DNA of 40,026 nt from Gemmatimonadales bacterium (GTDB lineage: Bacteria > Gemmatimonadota > Gemmatimonadetes > Gemmatimonadales > JACORV01), in NCBI GenBank assembly GCA_017881505.1, contig JADGQW010000003.1, forward strand, positions 1-40,026, read 5' to 3'. The translations under genes and the position numbers were made by a program. The notes below the pieces were generated by a model. The model had not been told where the DNA came from, did no database searches, and worked only from the letters and a program-made list of their open reading frames with translations. This document shows, piece after piece, positions 36,269 to 40,026 of the stretch. The stretch's first letter is position 1. Each line of letters begins with the position of its first letter.

Positions 36269-37377
36269 GCCGTCACGGGGGTTCCCCGCGCCGCAGCGTG
36301 CTCGGCCTGGAGCCGCTCCATCAGGGCCCCGCGCCGGTCGTAGAGGCGGCGCAGCGGCCGCGGCGCGTGGCGCGCCAGCGCGTAGGTGGCGAGGATCGGC
36401 AGCGCGACGGTCGTGTCGAGGTAGCAGACCACGGCGTCGGGCAGCTTCTCGGGATCCACCTTCCCCCACGAGACCGCCTCGGCCGGCGTCGCCCCGGAGA
36501 GCCCTCCCGTGTCGGCGCGCGCATCGGTGATCTGGAGGAAGTAGTCGTGTCCCCGCTCGTCGATGCCGAGGACCTCCTGGATCTGCGGCTCCGTCTGCAG
36601 GACGAAGTTCTTCGGGCTCCCGCCCCCCGCGATCAGCACCGCCGACTGCCCGCCGCTCCGCTTGGCGTCGAGGACGATCGCCGCCGTCTCGTTGACGTCC
36701 GCCGAGACGTCGAAGCGCAACTGCGAGCCGGTGAGCGCGAGGGCCGCCACGTTCATCCCGATCGAGGAGTCCCCTGGCGAGGAGGTGTAGAGCGGCACGC
36801 CGCACCGGTGCGCCACGCCCAGGATGGACTTCCGCTCCAGCCCGAGCGCCTTCTCCCGCTCCAGCACGTACCGGCCGATGCGGTAGTGGTACTCCGCGGT
36901 GGACATCGGCCGCTGGAACTCGGGGAGCCGGCTGATCTCGCGGAAGAACGTGTCGGTGTCGAGGAGCACGTGGTAGTCGAAGACGATGTCGTAGATCCGC
37001 ACGACGCCGTGCTCGCGCAGCTCCACGTCGTCGGCGAACGGCGAGCCGCGGTGCATCGCCATCCCCAGGCCGAAGTGCGCGTCGTGGTAGAGGTTCGCCC
37101 CCGTCGAGACGATCCAGTCCACGAACCCCGCCTCCAGGAGGGGGATGATGGTGGACATCCCGAGCCCCGCCGGCGTCAGCGCGCCGGTCAGGCTCATCCC
37201 CACCGTGCATCCCGGCTCCAGCATCTTCCGGGAGAAGAGGTGGCACGCGTCGCGCAGCCGGCCGGCGTTGTACGCCAGGAAGGCGCTGTCCACGAGGTCC
37301 GCCACGGCGAGGCCGCCATGAACGGGGGGCGGGCTGATCGCCTGCCCGTGGAGATATCCCGCGCTACCAGAGGCCAT
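36265..37377 (-). CDS. Deoxyhypusine synthase-like protein (probable homospermidine synthase)
   Basis: [27 protein letters not shown] and EAVSWGK (catalytic Lys) are DHS-family motifs. Confidence 0.92.
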   Translation of the reverse strand: MASGSAGYLHGQAISPPPVHGGLAVADLVDSAFLAYNAGRLRDACHLFSRKMLEPGCTVGMSLTGALTPAGLGMSTIIPLLEAGFVDWIVSTGANLYHDAHFGLGMAMHRGSPFADDVELREHGVVRIYDIVFDYHVLLDTDTFFREISRLPEFQRPMSTAEYHYRIGRYVLEREKALGLERKSILGVAHRCGVPLYTSSPGDSSIGMNVAALALTGSQLRFDVSADVNETAAIVLDAKRSGGQSAVLIAGGGSPKNFVLQTEPQIQEVLGIDERGHDYFLQITDARADTGGLSGATPAEAVSWGKVDPEKLPDAVVCYLDTTVALPILATYALARHAPRPLRRLYDRRGALMERLQAEHAAARGTPVTA

Positions 37378-38152
37378 GACCGGTCCCCGCCTGTTGGTTC
37401 TTCACGGCGATGGCGCGCAGCGTCTCGCGCGCCCGCGCCACGCATGCCACCGCTTCCGCCGGGTCGTCCGTGAGCGTGAAGATCTCGAGGTCGTCGAGGT
37501 TGATCTTGCCCTGCGCCGCCGCCGTCTCCCGCAGCCAGGAGACGAGCCCCTTCCAGTACGCCGTTCCGACGAGCACGACCGGGAAGTGCTTGATCTTCTC
37601 CGTCTGGATCAGCGTCAGGGCCTCGAACAGCTCGTCCAGCGTCCCGAATCCGCCGGGGAACACGATGAACCCCACCGAGTACTTCACGAACATCGTCTTG
37701 CGGACGAAGAAGTACCGGAAGTGCATCGACGTGTCGACGTAGGCGTTCGTCCCCTGCTCGAACGGCAACTCGATATTGAGCCCGACCGAGAGGCCGCCCC
37801 CTTCGCGGGCGCCCTTGTTCGCCGCCTCCATGATCCCCGGGCCGCCGCCCGTGATCACCGCGAAGCCGGACTTGGCCAGCAGCCGCGCCGTCTCCGTGGC
37901 GGCCGCGTAGGAGGGGTCGCCGGGGTCGGTGCGGGCGGAGCCGAAGACCGTCACGCCGGGGGGGAGGCGCGCCAGGGTGTCGAACCCCTCGACGAACTCC
38001 CCGAGGATGCGCAGGACCCGCCAGGTGTCCGGTGTCTGCGCCGACTCCACCTGCGGTTCGACCGGCGCGCCGGGCAGGCTGAAGAGCCGCTCGTCCTCGG
38101 TTGCGCCCGTGGCGCGCGTGCCCGGTGCTCTGGCGCCTTCGACGTCGTCCAT
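37364..38152 (-). CDS. LOG family nucleotide monophosphate nucleosidase (TIGR00730-like Rossmann fold)
   Basis: [30 protein letters not shown]; ATG 38152 with GGGAG RBS. Confidence 0.93.
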   Translation of the reverse strand: MDDVEGARAPGTRATGATEDERLFSLPGAPVEPQVESAQTPDTWRVLRILGEFVEGFDTLARLPPGVTVFGSARTDPGDPSYAAATETARLLAKSGFAVITGGGPGIMEAANKGAREGGGLSVGLNIELPFEQGTNAYVDTSMHFRYFFVRKTMFVKYSVGFIVFPGGFGTLDELFEALTLIQTEKIKHFPVVLVGTAYWKGLVSWLRETAAAQGKINLDDLEIFTLTDDPAEAVACVARARETLRAIAVKNQQAGTGHGLW

Positions 38153-38161
38153 ACGCTCCCC

Positions 38162-38190
38162 TTGTGATGCTACGGAGGTCAGAATATAAA
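38162..38190 (+). promoter_or_regulatory. Putative sigma70 promoter for hypothetical-queG, leaderless or near-leaderless
   Basis: TTGTGA (38162-38167), 17 bp, TATAAA (38185-38190), 7 nt, GTG 38198. Confidence 0.5.
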
Positions 38191-38197
38191 GGAATCC

Positions 38198-38455
38198 GTG
38201 CAACGGCGAACGACGCTCTTCCTCAGCCTCGCGTGGCGGGCCGCGCTCGACCCCCGGGTGGCGCGCGACCTGCTCAGTCTCGTCTGGGCGATGCGCACGC
38301 GGGGCTGGTGGCGCACCCCGCCCTTCCTGCCGGTGCCCCCCGACGAGTACCTGCGCTGGCGGATGTACACCGCGTACGGCGACGAGGAGGCCCTCCCGAG
38401 CGTACGGGAGGTGCTGCGCTACGCGCGGTGGCGACGGGAACTCCTGCGCACGTGA
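38198..38455 (+). CDS. Small hypothetical protein (85 aa)
   Basis: Fills the gap before queG with a GTGA overlap; distinctive WWRTPPFLPVP..YLRWRMYTAYG segment. Confidence 0.72.
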   Translation: MQRRTTLFLSLAWRAALDPRVARDLLSLVWAMRTRGWWRTPPFLPVPPDEYLRWRMYTAYGDEEALPSVREVLRYARWRRELLRT

Positions 38456-39414
38456 GCGCGGGCGCGAAGGCGGCGGCGAAGGCCGCCGCGCGTGCTTTGG
38501 GCTTCCAAGCCTGCGGTATCACCGACCTTCGCTCGTCGCCGGAAGCCGTGCGCGCGCTCGACGCCTGGCTCGGGCGGGGGATGCAGGGCGAGATGCGGTA
38601 CATGGAGCGGCAGGCCCCGGTCCGCCGCGATCCCCGCCGCGCCTGGGCGGACGCACGGTCCGCCGTCGTCGTGCTGCACAACTACTATCAGCGCGACGCC
38701 GAGCCGGCGGCGGGCCGGGGCCGGGTGGCCCGCTACGCCCTGGGCGCCGACTACCACGACGTGATGCGGGAACGGCTGACGGCGCTGGGCCAGCGGATCG
38801 TCGCGGAGGCGGGGGCGGGGAGCTTCCGGGTGTACGTGGACGCCGGCCCCCTCCCCGAACGCGAGCTAGCCCGGCTGGCGGGACTCGGCTGGTTCGGCAA
38901 GAACACGATGCTGATCCACCCGCGCCTCGGGTCCTTCACCTTCATCGGCGTCGTCCTCACCGACCTGCCGCTCGCGGCCGACGCGCCCTTCGAGGCGGAC
39001 CGCTGCGGCTCCTGCCGCCGCTGCCTCGACGCCTGCCCGACCGCCGCGTTCTCCGCGCCGCACGTGCTCGACGCCACCCGGTGCATCTCGTATCTCACCA
39101 TCGAGGCGCGGAGCGCTACGCCGGCGGAACTGGCGCCCCGCGTAGGGAACTGGCTCTTCGGCTGCGACGTCTGCCAGGACGTCTGCCCGTGGAACGTCCG
39201 GTTCGCCGAGGAGACGGCGGAACCTGCGTACCGCGCCAAGCCGAAGGCCGAGTGGCCCACGCTCGAGGAGTTGGTGCGGATGACCGAGCGGGAGCACGAG
39301 GAGGTCTTCGAGGGCACCGCTCTGGAGCGGCCGGGCCGCGCCGGACTCGCGCGCAACGCCGCCGTCGTCCTGGAGAACGAGCGCCGCGGGAGACCGGAGT
39401 CCCCCGCGGTGTGA
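38452..39414 (+). CDS. queG: tRNA epoxyqueuosine(34) reductase
   Basis: M.YM, ARYA.G.DYH, VDAGP..ER, GWFGKN, CGSCRRCLDACPT, CISYLTIE, FGCDVCQDVCPWN. Confidence 0.95.
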   Translation: MSAGAKAAAKAAARALGFQACGITDLRSSPEAVRALDAWLGRGMQGEMRYMERQAPVRRDPRRAWADARSAVVVLHNYYQRDAEPAAGRGRVARYALGADYHDVMRERLTALGQRIVAEAGAGSFRVYVDAGPLPERELARLAGLGWFGKNTMLIHPRLGSFTFIGVVLTDLPLAADAPFEADRCGSCRRCLDACPTAAFSAPHVLDATRCISYLTIEARSATPAELAPRVGNWLFGCDVCQDVCPWNVRFAEETAEPAYRAKPKAEWPTLEELVRMTEREHEEVFEGTALERPGRAGLARNAAVVLENERRGRPESPAV

Positions 39415-39452
39415 TTGCAGCGCCCACTCGGCGGATCGCGCCGGCCACCGGC

Positions 39453-40026
39453 TCAGCTCCGCGCCTGCCGCCTCCGCCCCGCCACGATCGCCAGGCCCAG
39501 AGCGACGACGATCCAACCCAATGCCGCGGAGAGCACGCGCGCGGTGACCTGCGGGCCGTGCGGCACGGGGACCCACTGCCGCATCAGGGCCCCGCGGACC
39601 ACGCTCGCAGCCTGCGTGCCGTAGGCCGCCTCGAGTGCCTGGGCATCCGGAAGATCCGACCGCCAGAACCGCTCGAACCGCCGGCCATCACCCGTGGCGA
39701 GCAGGGCCACGACGAGCGACGTGGCCGTGAACGGTTGGTCCCACCACCCCCAGTAGGAGCCCGACACTCGGCGCACGCCGAGGCCGCTCGCCCTCAGGCA
39801 CGAAGCGTCGCTGCCCGCAAGGCACGCGCTCACTTCCCAATAGACGGGCGGTATCTGATAGCCCCGGGGCTCATCGCTCGGAACCGGAGGTGACCACGCC
39901 GGCCGCCACTCCCACGGAGCGGGCTTTGGCGGTCCCTGATGCCGTGCCCGGGCGAGCCGTTCCGTGATCGAGTTCCCCGACCAGTAGCGATCGGACCCCT
40001 CACCGAGCAGGTCGAGCGGCCGGGCG
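39453..40026 (-). CDS. Hypothetical protein with C-terminal TM anchor (5'-truncated by window edge)
   Basis: The minus-strand frame has no stop from the window end to TGA at 39453. It ends in the hydrophobic VLSAALGWIVVALGLAIVA followed by a basic tail. Confidence 0.7.
   Translation of the reverse strand, partial: ARPLDLLGEGSDRYWSGNSITERLARARHQGPPKPAPWEWRPAWSPPVPSDEPRGYQIPPVYWEVSACLAGSDASCLRASGLGVRRVSGSYWGWWDQPFTATSLVVALLATGDGRRFERFWRSDLPDAQALEAAYGTQAASVVRGALMRQWVPVPHGPQVTARVLSAALGWIVVALGLAIVAGRRRQARS

Noticed and set aside
37364-38152. LOG as a lysine decarboxylase supplying cadaverine to the DHS-like enzyme
   Set aside because: That label is a known misannotation of the LOG family. There is no PLP-binding motif, and PGGxGTxDE indicates a phosphoribohydrolase.
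1-40026. Mobile elements, prophage, defence systems, tRNA/rRNA
   Set aside because: I recognised no transposase, integrase, phage, nuclease or structural RNA signatures, and intergenic spaces are short (mostly under 180 bp).

Overview
High-GC bacterial chromosomal window that is almost fully coding, with about 30 CDS. The gene repertoire (paired secreted M14 peptidases, Hanks kinase, fused E1, FadI/FadJ) suggests Gemmatimonadota, but this is inference only. In order: a 5'-truncated OmpA protein with 7 TSP3-like repeats, an M14 peptidase, ArsR, a secreted propeller-like protein, a hypothetical protein, TrmB plus a stand-alone Hpt, a second M14 peptidase, TetR overlapping a class A PBP, lon divergent from a Ser/Thr kinase with a 2TM domain, a fused membrane/spermidine-synthase-like/TPR protein coupled to a fused 2-oxoacid dehydrogenase E1, an amidohydrolase, flavin reductase, an M61-like peptidase, PfpI, a fadI-fadJ-proline dehydrogenase-hypothetical-DUF1015 operon, glpD, a LOG-deoxyhypusine synthase-like-MFS operon, a hypothetical-queG pair and a truncated hypothetical protein. 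I saw no tRNA/rRNA, CRISPR array, IS or prophage. No single new system is proven. The best leads are the coupled LOG/DHS-like/MFS operon beside queG, two genes that appear to need CTG starts overlapping upstream stop codons, several apparently leaderless sigma70 promoters, readable TrmB and TetR operators, and a sigma54-type site upstream of lon.
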